Positions 50,746 to 60,995 of a stretch of DNA of 64,000 nt are shown here, one piece after another. Positions within the stretch are counted from its first letter, which is position 1; every line of letters starts with the position of its first letter. The stretch is from Prochlorococcus sp. AG-409-L21 (GTDB taxonomy: Bacteria > Cyanobacteriota > Cyanobacteriia > PCC-6307 > Cyanobiaceae). Below the pieces are notes generated by a model. That model was given only the letters and a program-made list of their open reading frames with translations, was not told where the DNA came from and made no database searches. The stretch lies in assembly GCA_003215475.1 (NCBI GenBank), contig QCKH01000001.1:76085-140084 (forward strand), given 5' to 3'. Position numbers and translations under genes: made by a program.

Positions 50746-51864
50746 GTGGCCCAGGATAAAGAATCATTGTCACGTTTAACACTTCGTCAATTGCGTATCA
50801 AAGCGAGTGAATTAAATATTCCTCTTTATAGTCGACAATCAAAAGCTTCTTTAATTAAACAGATAGCTTTGCAAGAAGGTGGTAAAGACTCAGAAACGAA
50901 TACAGCCTCTTTGGATGGAATGAATAATTTAAAGGAACAGCTATCAGAATCCTTTAGTGCTTCTATCAAAGAAACAAAGGTGGTTTTTCTTCCTAGAGAT
51001 CCTGAATGGGCCTATGTATTTTGGGAAATTTCTGATGAAGATCGTAAGTTAGCTCAGTCCAAAGGAGCCAGTAGACTTTGCTTACGTTTATCAGATGCGA
51101 CTGGACAGAATAATGATGTTCAATATAAGGGCACTTTGCGTGAAGTTACTGTAGATAGTCATAGTACAGAATGGTATTTACCTATTCCAGTGGGAGATCG
51201 TGATTACAAGGTAGAACTTGGTTATAGATCTTCAGCTCAATGGATTTCATTAGCATTTTCTTCTGCTGCAAGAGTACCTTCATCTCGACCTAGTGAACAG
51301 GTTCTTGATCAATTTGTTCCTTTTAGTTTGGATTCATCATCTAGTACGAGTACTAGTGATGTAATTGAGACAGAAAATAATTTAATTTCTGATCACAGAG
51401 ATAGTGATCTTCATGAACGTCTATATCAAAAAGCAACTACCACTGTTCGTTCAAAACGTGTTGGATCTGAAGAGTTTCACGAACGAACATTATCAAATTA
51501 TTCCTTAAGTGAACTTAATGATTCAGGATCTGGCTTGTGGGCAAGTGGGATAAATGATTCTGGCATCGGTCGAGTTGAGTTGGCTGAGCAGCGATCTTTT
51601 TGGTTAATTGCTGATGCAGAATTAATAGTTTATGGCTCGACTGATCCTTCCGCTCAATTAAAGATAGGAGGTGAAGAGATACCTTTAGCTTCAGATGGGA
51701 CTTTTAGATTACAAGTTCCTTTTCGTGATGGAGTGCAGAATTACCCTATTGAGGCTATTGATGCAACTGGTAAGCAGAAAAGAAATATTAATATGAAGTT
51801 TGAACGTGTTACTCCTCAAGACAATACAAATCCATTAGATCAGGCAAAATCAGAATGGTTTTAA
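50746..51864 (+). CDS. DUF4912 protein with Rho-N-like N-terminal domain
   Basis: LTLRQLR..ASEL.I..YSR..K; LPRDPEWAYVFWEI; FWLIADAELIVYG; SD-like AGGAGG upstream. Confidence 0.85.
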   Translation: MAQDKESLSRLTLRQLRIKASELNIPLYSRQSKASLIKQIALQEGGKDSETNTASLDGMNNLKEQLSESFSASIKETKVVFLPRDPEWAYVFWEISDEDRKLAQSKGASRLCLRLSDATGQNNDVQYKGTLREVTVDSHSTEWYLPIPVGDRDYKVELGYRSSAQWISLAFSSAARVPSSRPSEQVLDQFVPFSLDSSSSTSTSDVIETENNLISDHRDSDLHERLYQKATTTVRSKRVGSEEFHERTLSNYSLSELNDSGSGLWASGINDSGIGRVELAEQRSFWLIADAELIVYGSTDPSAQLKIGGEEIPLASDGTFRLQVPFRDGVQNYPIEAIDATGKQKRNINMKFERVTPQDNTNPLDQAKSEWF

Positions 51865-51886
51865 TCTCTTTTGCAACTCACTTAAT

Positions 51887-52057
51887 ATGGCTCGTTGGTT
51901 TGTTGCATTAACTCCTCTTACAGGCGCGATACTGTTTCCTTTAGTGATCCCTATTACCATTCATAGGTTTGGTATAAGTTATGGAGTCTTTGCAGCTTTG
52001 ATTCTCAGCACAATATGGTTTGTCTTGATGTTAAGAACTTCAGAGATGCCTCACTGA
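51887..52057 (+). CDS. Small 56-aa two-TM protein (not in ORF track)
   Basis: MARWFVALTPLTGAILFPLVIPITIHRFGISYGVFAALILSTIWFVLMLRTSEMPH*; fills the gap before pgm. Confidence 0.75.
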   Translation: MARWFVALTPLTGAILFPLVIPITIHRFGISYGVFAALILSTIWFVLMLRTSEMPH

Positions 52058-52110
52058 AACCTGATTTAGTGAGAAGCTCTTTGATGGTTTTAAAGATGTT
52101 TTTTTAACTG

Positions 52111-53769
52111 ATGTCTCCTACAGAGCTTTTCCCCGCAAATAATAAGAGGATACCTATTGACAAACCTTTTATTGATCAAAAACCTGGTACTTCGGGTCTT
52201 CGAAAAAGTACAAGATATTTTCAACAACCTCATTACTTAGAAACGTTTATAGAAGCAATTTTGCAAACTCTGCCTGGAATTGATGGTGGAACATTGATTG
52301 TTGGAGGAGACGGGCGCTTTTGGAATAGAGATAGTATTGATGTCATCATAAAAATGGCCGCAGCTCATGGAGTCCAAAAAATAATTACAACTGTTGATGG
52401 GATTCTTTCAACACCGGCGGCTTCTCATTTAATTAGAACGAATAATGCAGTTGGAGGGATTATTCTTTCTGCGAGTCATAATTCTGGGGGAGTAGATGGT
52501 GATTTTGGAGTCAAAATTAATGGTTCTAATGGAGGACCTGCATCAGAATCTTTAACAAATCAAATTTATGCTGCGACAAAGACTCTGGATGGATATCAAA
52601 TCATTGAGACTGAGCAAATATCTCTGGATAAAACTGGTCAATATGCAATTGCTTCTATGAACATAGAGGTCATTGATGGTATTGAGGATTACATAGATTT
52701 AATGCAAAAGATTTTTGATTTTGACAGGATTTCTGCATTTATCAAAAATGACTTTTTAATCGCATTTGATGCTCTTCATGCCGTTACAGGTCCTTATGCA
52801 AAGCGATTATTCGAAGATTTATTAGGTGCACCTTTGGGGACTGTACGAAATGGAAAACCTTTAGAGGATTTTGGAGGAGGTCATCCTGACCCTAATTTGA
52901 CTTATGCCAAGGATTTAGCTGATTTACTCCTTCTTGGACAGGAATATGCTTTTGGGGCTGCTTGTGATGGTGATGGTGATCGTAATATGATTTTGGGTCG
53001 TAATTGTTTTGTTAATCCAAGTGATAGTCTTGCAGTTTTAACAGCTAATTCAGATTGTGTTCCTGCTTACTCGAAAGGTTTATTAGGCGTTGCTCGTTCA
53101 ATGCCAACAAGTTCGGCAGTTGATATTGTTGCTAAAAATATTGGTATACCTTGCTATGAGACTCCTACAGGGTGGAAATTTTTTGGGAATCTTTTAGATG
53201 CTGGTCAAATCACTTTATGTGGTGAAGAAAGCTTTGGAACTGGAAGTAATCATGTAAGGGAGAAAGATGGATTATGGGCTGTTCTTTTTTGGCTGCAAAT
53301 CTTGGCATCAAAGCAATGCTCTGTGAAAGATTTAATGAAACAGCATTGGACTAGTTTTGGTAGACATTATTATTCTCGTCATGATTATGAATCAATTTCT
53401 ACTGAAATTGCAAATGATTTGTATAAGACAGTTGAATCGAAGTTACCTTCATTAATTGGCCAATCATTTGGAGGTCGCCATGTTTCATTAGCAGATAACT
53501 TTGTTTATAAAGACCCGATTGATGGCTCAATTACTAGGAATCAAGGATTAAGGATTATATTGGACGATGGCAGTAGAATTGTTCTCAGGTTGTCTGGAAC
53601 AGGCACTAAAGGTGCAACCCTAAGAGTTTATTTGGAGAGTTACGTCTCACCTAAAGGTCATTTAGAACAAGATCCACAAATAGCTCTTAAGGAATTGATT
53701 GTTGCTATTGATTCTTTTGCAGAAATAACTAAAAGGACTGGAATGTTGAAGCCTACTGTAATAACTTAA
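52111..53769 (+). CDS. pgm: Phosphoglucomutase
   Basis: QKPGTSGLRK, SASHN, DGDGDRN, GEESFG. Confidence 0.96.
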   Translation: MSPTELFPANNKRIPIDKPFIDQKPGTSGLRKSTRYFQQPHYLETFIEAILQTLPGIDGGTLIVGGDGRFWNRDSIDVIIKMAAAHGVQKIITTVDGILSTPAASHLIRTNNAVGGIILSASHNSGGVDGDFGVKINGSNGGPASESLTNQIYAATKTLDGYQIIETEQISLDKTGQYAIASMNIEVIDGIEDYIDLMQKIFDFDRISAFIKNDFLIAFDALHAVTGPYAKRLFEDLLGAPLGTVRNGKPLEDFGGGHPDPNLTYAKDLADLLLLGQEYAFGAACDGDGDRNMILGRNCFVNPSDSLAVLTANSDCVPAYSKGLLGVARSMPTSSAVDIVAKNIGIPCYETPTGWKFFGNLLDAGQITLCGEESFGTGSNHVREKDGLWAVLFWLQILASKQCSVKDLMKQHWTSFGRHYYSRHDYESISTEIANDLYKTVESKLPSLIGQSFGGRHVSLADNFVYKDPIDGSITRNQGLRIILDDGSRIVLRLSGTGTKGATLRVYLESYVSPKGHLEQDPQIALKELIVAIDSFAEITKRTGMLKPTVIT

Positions 53770-53806
53770 GACTATGAATAAATGACGCAATTTTCTTTTC
53801 ATTATT

Positions 53807-55126
53807 TTGAGTCAAGATCTGTTTGCTTTTAATAGTGATCAAGTACTCGAGAGGAATGCCCCTCTTGCTGATAGATTACGCCCTACTACTATTGATGAAT
53901 TTGTTGGTCAGCATGCAATTCTCGCTGAAGGAAGATTACTAAGGAGAGCAATAGAGGCAGATCAAGTTGGCAATCTTTTACTACATGGCCCACCGGGTGT
54001 AGGTAAAACCACTTTGGCAAGGATCATTGCGCTGAATACTCGTTCACATTTCTCGAATTTGAATGCTGTTTCGTCTGGAGTTAAAGAGATTCGGAAAGAA
54101 GTTGAGGCTGCTAGAGAGAGGTTGGGCCGTTATGGACTGAAGACGATTCTTTTTCTTGATGAAGTTCATCGCTTTAATAGTGCTCAGCAAGATGCGTTAT
54201 TGCCATGGGTGGAAAACGGTACCTTGATTTTGATAGGTGCAACTACACAAAACCCATATTTTGAAGTAAATAAAGCATTGATAAGCCGCTTTAGAATTTT
54301 TCGCTTAACTTCGATAGAACCGAAAGAATTGCATAAACTTTTAGTTCGAGCATTAAAAGATTCCAAAAAAGGTTTTGGAGATAAAGATGTTTGCTTATCT
54401 AACGAAGCAGCTAATCATTTGGTTGATATTGCTAATGGAGATGCTCGGTGTTTATTAAATGCACTGGAATTCGCTGTGTTAACTACTCCTCAAAATGAAG
54501 AAGGTGTAATCAATATTGACTTGAATATTGCCGAAGAATCTATTCAAAGGAGAGCCGTTCGTTATGACAAACAAGGTGATGATCATTTTGACACAATTAG
54601 CGCATTTATTAAATCTTTGCGGGGTTCGGATCCAGATGCAGCTTTGTTTTGGATGGCTCGAATGATAGAGGCAGGTGAGAACCCTAGTTATATTTTTCGA
54701 CGCATGCTTATATCAGCAGCAGAAGATATAGGTCTTGCAGATCCTCAAGCGATTGTAGTTGTGCAATCTTGTGCTGCTGCTTTTGATCGTGTTGGCTTGC
54801 CAGAAGGAATATATTTTTTATCTGAGGCAGCTATTTATTTAGCATGTGCTGAAAAAAGTAATAGTATTTTAGCCATTCTTAAAGCACAACGTTCAGTTCG
54901 TGATTCGCAAAAACAAGATGTACCAAAACATTTGAGGGATTCACATAGAAGTCCTTTAGACTCAGGTGATGGAATAGGGTATCTTTACCCTCATGATTTT
55001 CCTGATAATTGGGTCTCTCAACAATACTTGCCGGATGATTTATCTAGGGAGAATTTCTGGCAACCTAGCTCTAATGGTTGGGAGGCTCAACGGATTAAGT
55101 TATTAAGTAAAAGAAAAAATATCTAA
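53807..55126 (+). CDS. rarA: Replication-associated recombination AAA+ ATPase RarA/MgsA
   Basis: PLADRLRP, GPPGVGKTT, DEVHRF, SAFIKSLRGSD, EDIGLADP, YLYPHD. Confidence 0.93.
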   Translation: MSQDLFAFNSDQVLERNAPLADRLRPTTIDEFVGQHAILAEGRLLRRAIEADQVGNLLLHGPPGVGKTTLARIIALNTRSHFSNLNAVSSGVKEIRKEVEAARERLGRYGLKTILFLDEVHRFNSAQQDALLPWVENGTLILIGATTQNPYFEVNKALISRFRIFRLTSIEPKELHKLLVRALKDSKKGFGDKDVCLSNEAANHLVDIANGDARCLLNALEFAVLTTPQNEEGVINIDLNIAEESIQRRAVRYDKQGDDHFDTISAFIKSLRGSDPDAALFWMARMIEAGENPSYIFRRMLISAAEDIGLADPQAIVVVQSCAAAFDRVGLPEGIYFLSEAAIYLACAEKSNSILAILKAQRSVRDSQKQDVPKHLRDSHRSPLDSGDGIGYLYPHDFPDNWVSQQYLPDDLSRENFWQPSSNGWEAQRIKLLSKRKNI

Positions 55127-55140
55127 ACTAAATAGGAAAA

Positions 55141-55164
55141 ATATATGAATTATATTTCATATAT
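55141..55164. terminator. AT-rich hairpin between convergent rarA and PPTase genes
   Basis: atatatgaa-ttatat-ttcatatat, perfect 9-bp stem. Confidence 0.4.
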
Positions 55165-55204
55165 AATAGTCTCTTGTTTTAGAAGAGCAATTCAAAAGAT
55201 GAAG

Positions 55205-55846
55205 TTATTCAGAACATACAATAAGATTATTTTCTTTCAAATCTTGGTTTGAAGCTATACCTATTGTCCAGCTTTGATAATGAATTGTATATATTTTAAC
55301 TTTATAATTTAATTCTGTATGAATCGCAAAATTTGATTTATGATTTATATTCCATTTTTTCAAATCTTTTGAAAGCTTGCCTTGTTGCCATTTTATAAGG
55401 GCTTCTTTGAGGATCCATTGGTTGAGAATTTTTTTGCGAAACTGTTCATTATTTTGATCTTGGCAATATTGCCTGTCTACTACATTAAAAAAACGATTGG
55501 CAATACGTTCTGCTGCAAAGCGCCTATCGGTTCTTTCAAGATCTATTCCTAATTGATTGGGTGACCAAGCTATTAGAAGTGCATCACTACAATGACTGAA
55601 ACTGACAAATCCAAGGTTATTTTCCAAAATAGGTGGTTGACCAGGAGAAGCAAGTAGTGGAATTTCAAGAGGATTAATATTTAATAAGGTTGACAATACA
55701 AACCGAGCATTACCACGAGCATGTTTATATTCCTTAGATCGTTTCTCAGAAAGTAAATTAGCTGCTTTTTCTTCTTCAGTTGAAATTTCTTTTAAAGGGG
55801 AATCTAGTGGAAATAGCCAAAGAGGCAGTACGCTTGTTACTTTCAT
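55205..55846 (-). CDS. 4'-phosphopantetheinyl transferase (Sfp/HetI-like)
   Basis: [19 protein letters not shown]. Confidence 0.88.
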   Translation of the reverse strand: MKVTSVLPLWLFPLDSPLKEISTEEEKAANLLSEKRSKEYKHARGNARFVLSTLLNINPLEIPLLASPGQPPILENNLGFVSFSHCSDALLIAWSPNQLGIDLERTDRRFAAERIANRFFNVVDRQYCQDQNNEQFRKKILNQWILKEALIKWQQGKLSKDLKKWNINHKSNFAIHTELNYKVKIYTIHYQSWTIGIASNQDLKENNLIVCSE

Positions 55847-55862
55847 TGCATCTCAGTTAGTA

Positions 55863-56327
55863 ATGTCTTTGCAAATTGGTGATCTAGCACCAGATTTCAC
55901 TCTTCCTGATCAAGATGGTGTATTAGTAAAACTTTCATCATTTCGAGGTAAGAGAGTTGTTATTTACTTTTATCCAAAAGATGACACTCCAGGGTGCACA
56001 AAGGAAGCTTGTAATTTTAGAGATCGTTGGCAATTTTTTGAAAATCATGAAATAAAAGTGTTGGGAATTAGTAAAGATCCTGCAAATACTCATCTAAAGT
56101 TTAGACAAAAATATCAGTTACCATTTACATTACTTACTGATTTTGAGCCTTGTCCTGTAGCTACTTCCTACGAAAGTTATGGGTTAAAAAAGTTTATGGG
56201 TCGAGAATATATGGGTATGAAGCGACAAACTTTTGTAATTGATGTGAATGGCAAACTTGAATTGATTTATTTCAAAGTTAAGGCTGCTAACATGGCTGAT
56301 CAGATTCTTGAAGATCTTGCTCTTTAG
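55863..56327 (+). CDS. bcp: Peroxiredoxin Q / bacterioferritin comigratory protein
   Basis: [16 protein letters not shown]. Confidence 0.95.
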   Translation: MSLQIGDLAPDFTLPDQDGVLVKLSSFRGKRVVIYFYPKDDTPGCTKEACNFRDRWQFFENHEIKVLGISKDPANTHLKFRQKYQLPFTLLTDFEPCPVATSYESYGLKKFMGREYMGMKRQTFVIDVNGKLELIYFKVKAANMADQILEDLAL

Positions 56328-57019
56328 TTCAGAGGTAGATTCATTTTTATCAGTGCTTCGAGTCCAAGGTCAGGTGCATTGAATACATTTTTATTGCTAT
56401 TTTTAAGTTGATCATAAATTAGTGTTGAATCACCACCACACAACCAAAGTGGCATCTTGGTAGTGCTTTGAGTTTCTTTAATAGTACTTAATAGAGATTC
56501 AAAACTCCCTTTTAACATTGCATCTTCTGTTGAGATAGGGAACAAAGTTTTTGGGATTGATTTATGTTGCACGGGATTGAGATTTTTAGTTCCTCTTGAC
56601 ATGGCAGTAAGTTGTAGCTGTAGACCAGCTATTAATTGCCCGCCCCCAAACTCACCATTCGCGGTAATATGTGTGATGCTAAGCACTGTTCCTGCATCTG
56701 CAATAAGGATACCTTGATTATGAAGGTTCTTGGTTTTGGCTATTGTGTATGCTTGCCAGCCTACTAAAGCTCTATCAATACCAACCCAAGTAGGAAGTTT
56801 TAATATTGGCACATCTGAGATCTTTATACATTTGGATGGATCTAAATGAATATCTTTGGGAATGGGCCCAACTGCTGCCCATTTCCACAATTTATGCATA
56901 ACTGCTTTTAGTTTCTTTGTATTAGGAGCTGTATGAAAAAAACGCCATAGACCGTTTTTTTGAATTGCCCAATGCCAGCGGGTGTTGCCTATTAAAAGAC
57001 AACATTTTTCTTCAGTCAC
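56324..57019 (-). CDS. coaX: Type III pantothenate kinase
   Basis: IGNTR, GIDR, DAGT, GG.L..GL, CGGD. Confidence 0.85.
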   Translation of the reverse strand: MTEEKCCLLIGNTRWHWAIQKNGLWRFFHTAPNTKKLKAVMHKLWKWAAVGPIPKDIHLDPSKCIKISDVPILKLPTWVGIDRALVGWQAYTIAKTKNLHNQGILIADAGTVLSITHITANGEFGGGQLIAGLQLQLTAMSRGTKNLNPVQHKSIPKTLFPISTEDAMLKGSFESLLSTIKETQSTTKMPLWLCGGDSTLIYDQLKNSNKNVFNAPDLGLEALIKMNLPLN

Positions 57020-57786
57020 GTTTGTTTTCCTTTTTCATTGTTCTCTGAAAGATGTATTCCGCATTCTTGTTTTAAACCTCCAAATCTTGTTTCTCTTCCA
57101 GTCACATCGTTGCTATCGGGAGCACTAGAATGCCAATCTCCTATGGTTGAAAAGCCTTTTGAAAAAAGAGGGTGTTCAGGAAGATGATTTTTTTTCATAT
57201 AATAAAAAATATCTTTCTGTGACCACTCTAAGATTGGTCTGAGTGAGAAACGCTCCCTAATTTGATCTAAGACACTCATTGAACTTCTATTAGCTGTTTG
57301 ATTACTCCTAACGCCACTAGCCCAACAATGGATTTGCAAATTTTCTAGAATTTCTTCTAGAGGCTGGACTTTCCGAATAAAGTGATAAGTTTCAAGGTCT
57401 TTTACTGAATTATTTTCCCAAAGTTTTCCATGTAAAGCTTCCATCCTTGCTGGGGACATGCTGCTTTGCACCACAGTTACATCTAATTGAAGTTGACTTG
57501 TCAGTTTCTCTGCGTATTGATAAGTCTCTTTTGGGAGGTATCCAGTATCCACCCAGATTATTTTTATACTATTTGCAATATTGATTTGATGAATCATATG
57601 AAGTAAAACGGATGATTGAATTCCGAAGCTTGTCGTAATTGCAAGATTCTTCCCAAATTGTTGGAAAGCCCATTCCAAACGATTTTGTGGAGATAGTGGT
57701 CCAAGATGTTCGCGAGCTTCTCTTAGGCTGATGTTTAACAATGAAAGTTCCTTCACGATTTTATGAGGCATGCTTTTATCATCCAT
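57016..57786 (-). CDS. cysH: PAPS reductase
   Basis: TSFGIQS, DTGYL, SGVR..Q, C-terminal ECGIH. Confidence 0.94.
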   Translation of the reverse strand: MDDKSMPHKIVKELSLLNISLREAREHLGPLSPQNRLEWAFQQFGKNLAITTSFGIQSSVLLHMIHQINIANSIKIIWVDTGYLPKETYQYAEKLTSQLQLDVTVVQSSMSPARMEALHGKLWENNSVKDLETYHFIRKVQPLEEILENLQIHCWASGVRSNQTANRSSMSVLDQIRERFSLRPILEWSQKDIFYYMKKNHLPEHPLFSKGFSTIGDWHSSAPDSNDVTGRETRFGGLKQECGIHLSENNEKGKQT

Positions 57787-57841
57787 TGTCGCTTCTCATT
57801 AGCTTGTTTTATTTTTTTCAACCATTTCAACTATTTTTTAG

Positions 57842-59026
57842 ATGACTAATAATTCTTTAAAAAGTACTGCTGTTGTTGTGGTTGGGGGTGGCTTTGGAGG
57901 TTTAACAACGGCACTTTCTTTAAGTAGTTGTAAAGAACGGCCACCAATTATTTTGATAGAACCTCGCTCGAGGTTTGTTTTTTTGCCATTATTATATGAA
58001 TTGTTAAGCGGTGAGCTGCAATCTTGGGAAGTCGCACCTGATTATAGGACTTTGCTTTCTGCTCAAGGAATAGTTCTCATAGAACAATATGTTGAAAATA
58101 TAGATTTAATTAAAAAAGAGGTTTGTACTTCTAATGGCGAGAAAATTCCATATGGGCAATTGGTTCTTAGTACAGGCTCTAAACCAAATAGTATGGGAAT
58201 CCAAGGTGTTCATGAATATTCTTTGATGTTTAATAAATACGAAGATGTGTTCAAAATAAAAAAGTTAATTTCACGTTTAAATAATTCTAAAAAAAAAGCA
58301 CAAAACTTGTTAATTGTTGGAGCCGGCCCAACTGGGGTGGAACTTGCTTGTAAAATTTCAGATCTTTTAGAGGATCACATTACACTCCATTTAATTGAAC
58401 TTGGTGACAGAGTTTTACCTCTTGGAAAATCCTTTAATCAAGAACAGATAGAACAAGCATTACGAAGAAAATCTATATCACTTCATTTGAACACTCGTGT
58501 TGAAAAGATCTTTGAAAAAACCATAGAAATTATTAACTTGGCTTCAAATAAAGATAAGAACATTTCTTTGAGCCATCAAGGAGTGATATGGACTGCCGGC
58601 ATTTACCCTTCAATACCTAATGGTATTCCAAACAATTTATTTCAAGAAGGAAAAGTTTTAATTAATTCACAACTACAGGTTCTTGGATGCGAAAATATTT
58701 TTGCGATTGGTGATATTGCTTTGGATATAGAGAACCCCTATCCTTCTAATGCGCAAGTTGCAATGCAACAAGGTGAACATTTAGCTAAGAATTTAATTTA
58801 TTTACGTAAGCGTGAACCCTTAACTCAATTTGAGTTTATAGATCGCGGCGAAATGCTTAGCATGGGTGTTGGAGATGCAACTATTACAGCTATGGGCGTT
58901 ACAATTTCAGGTCCAATTGCTTTTCAAATGCGACGTATAGCTTATTTATCTAAATTCCCAAATTTATCTTTAAGTATTCGATCTGCAGGTGCTTGGTTAC
59001 TAAGTTATAGGAAGAAATTAATTTAA
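57842..59026 (+). CDS. Type II NADH dehydrogenase-like FAD oxidoreductase
   Basis: GGGFGG, FLPLLYELL, GAGPTGVELA, AQVAMQQG. Confidence 0.88.
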   Translation: MTNNSLKSTAVVVVGGGFGGLTTALSLSSCKERPPIILIEPRSRFVFLPLLYELLSGELQSWEVAPDYRTLLSAQGIVLIEQYVENIDLIKKEVCTSNGEKIPYGQLVLSTGSKPNSMGIQGVHEYSLMFNKYEDVFKIKKLISRLNNSKKKAQNLLIVGAGPTGVELACKISDLLEDHITLHLIELGDRVLPLGKSFNQEQIEQALRRKSISLHLNTRVEKIFEKTIEIINLASNKDKNISLSHQGVIWTAGIYPSIPNGIPNNLFQEGKVLINSQLQVLGCENIFAIGDIALDIENPYPSNAQVAMQQGEHLAKNLIYLRKREPLTQFEFIDRGEMLSMGVGDATITAMGVTISGPIAFQMRRIAYLSKFPNLSLSIRSAGAWLLSYRKKLI

Positions 59027-59116
59027 TGTAGAAAATAAAGCAATCAAGCTTAATTCTCTTACCATTGGCTTTAATTTAGTTTTATTGATTTATGAGGAAA
59101 AAACAAACGGACAAAC

Positions 59117-60931
59117 ATGGATGAATTAAGAGCAGTTTTAGAAAATCCTCATGCACTAATTACGCTAAGTGTTTTGTGTTTAGCTGTAGTTCTATTTATT
59201 GGTGGTTTTCTTGCGCCAGAGCTTACAGGACTTTTAAGTGTTTCATTGTTAATGGCTACGGGTGTCCTGGAACCGCAGAAAGCTTTGTCAGGGTTTGGTA
59301 GCCCTGCTTTGATAACTCTAATGGGTTTATTTGCGGTTTCTGCCGCTTTGTTTAAAAGTGGAGCCTTGGATCGTCTAAGAGAATTAATTGCTTTTGAAAG
59401 CATAAATACGCCTCGTCGTTTGATTGGGATATTAGGCTTAGTGGTTGCACCAATTTCTGGAATTGTTCCAAATACTCCAGTTGTTGCCTCTCTTTTACCT
59501 GTAATAGAGGCATGGTGTATCAAACGTAATCTTTCACCATCGAGAGTATTATTGCCCCTTTCTTTTGCGACATTATTGGGAGGGACACTTACCCTTTTAG
59601 GTAGTTCAGTCAACTTATTAGTTAGTGATATTAGTGCTCAATTAGGCTATGGTTCCTTGGAATTATTTAGTTTCACTGCCATAGGTATACCTATATGGTT
59701 GGTTGGAACCGCGTATTTATTATTAGCTCCCGAATGGCTTTTACCTGATAGAGGTAGAGAGAAAACTGATTTTGGTAGTAAGCCTGAACAAACGGGCTAC
59801 TTTACTGAGGTAACTATTCCCAGCAATTCAGAATTAGTAGGCAAATCACTACATAACAGTAGGCTTCAGCGTCGTTTTGATGTTGATGTTCTTGAGCTTC
59901 AAAGAGGTAAAGAGAGACTGCTTCCTCCTCTTGCTGATCGCACTATTGAACCTGGAGATAGATTGTTGCTTCGAGTGACGCGATCTGATCTTTTGCGGCT
60001 CCAACAAGAACATACAGTTCAACTTGCTCAGCGAAGTGTTGAAAATGATCGAACAAATCAATTTGAATCATTTTTTGCTGAAGGTCAAAAAACAGTTGAA
60101 GTGCTTCTTCCTGCTGGTTCAACTTTAGCTGGAGCTAGTTTAAGAGAATTAAGATTTAGACAGCGTCATAACGCTACTGTTTTAGCATTGCGACGAGGGC
60201 AACAAACAGTTCAGGAACGATTGGGACAGGCGATTTTACATGAAGGAGATGTATTGCTTTTGCAAGCACCTTTAGATTCCATACGTGGTCTGCAAGCTAG
60301 TAATGATTTATTGGTTCTAGATCAGCTAGAAAATGATTTGCCAACTCTTAAACGTAAACCCATTGCAATTGCAATTGCAATTGCAATGATACTTTTGCCT
60401 TCTTTAACTCAGTTACCTTTAGTTGCTTCTGTTTTAATTGCCGTTATTGCGATGGTGGTAGGTGGTTGTATTCGTCCGACAGAAGTACAACGATCTATCA
60501 GACTGGATGTGATCCTTTTATTAGGTTCACTTTCTAGTTTTAGCGTTGCTATGCAATCTACTGGTCTTGCAGATATGTTTGCCCAGGGTCTTGAATATTG
60601 GTTGGAGGGACTATCTACGTATTTTGCATTACTAGTTATTTTCTTTGCAACAACTATTTCGACACAAATTATTAGTAATGCTGCCTCTGTGGCTTTATTA
60701 GCTCCAGTTGCAGTCCAGCTTGCTCCAGGTATGAATCTTCCTCCATCTGCTCTCTTGATGACAGTTTTATTTGGTGCTAGTCAGTCTTTTCTTACTCCAA
60801 TGGGGTATCAGACCAATTTGATGGTATTTGGTCCTGGTCGGTATCGCTTTCTTGATGTCACACGTTATGGGGCAGGACTCACATTATTGATGACTTTATT
60901 AGTTCCTTTACTAATTCTTTGGCAATACTAA
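59117..60931 (+). CDS. SLC13/CitT-family permease with tandem TrkA-C domains
   Basis: LGGTLTLLGSSVN, two RCK-C repeats, SNAA, TPMGYQTN. Confidence 0.9.
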   Translation: MDELRAVLENPHALITLSVLCLAVVLFIGGFLAPELTGLLSVSLLMATGVLEPQKALSGFGSPALITLMGLFAVSAALFKSGALDRLRELIAFESINTPRRLIGILGLVVAPISGIVPNTPVVASLLPVIEAWCIKRNLSPSRVLLPLSFATLLGGTLTLLGSSVNLLVSDISAQLGYGSLELFSFTAIGIPIWLVGTAYLLLAPEWLLPDRGREKTDFGSKPEQTGYFTEVTIPSNSELVGKSLHNSRLQRRFDVDVLELQRGKERLLPPLADRTIEPGDRLLLRVTRSDLLRLQQEHTVQLAQRSVENDRTNQFESFFAEGQKTVEVLLPAGSTLAGASLRELRFRQRHNATVLALRRGQQTVQERLGQAILHEGDVLLLQAPLDSIRGLQASNDLLVLDQLENDLPTLKRKPIAIAIAIAMILLPSLTQLPLVASVLIAVIAMVVGGCIRPTEVQRSIRLDVILLLGSLSSFSVAMQSTGLADMFAQGLEYWLEGLSTYFALLVIFFATTISTQIISNAASVALLAPVAVQLAPGMNLPPSALLMTVLFGASQSFLTPMGYQTNLMVFGPGRYRFLDVTRYGAGLTLLMTLLVPLLILWQY

Positions 60932-60995
60932 AGTGATTGAACTAAAACCAATACTATTAATAGTTTTTGTTTAATTAAACGAAGGTTATTCCTCA

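Noticed and set aside
50588-50782. 64-aa minus-strand ORF or ncRNA upstream of the DUF4912 gene
   Set aside because: Overlaps the start and SD of the plus-strand gene; no recognisable protein or RNA motif that I can support
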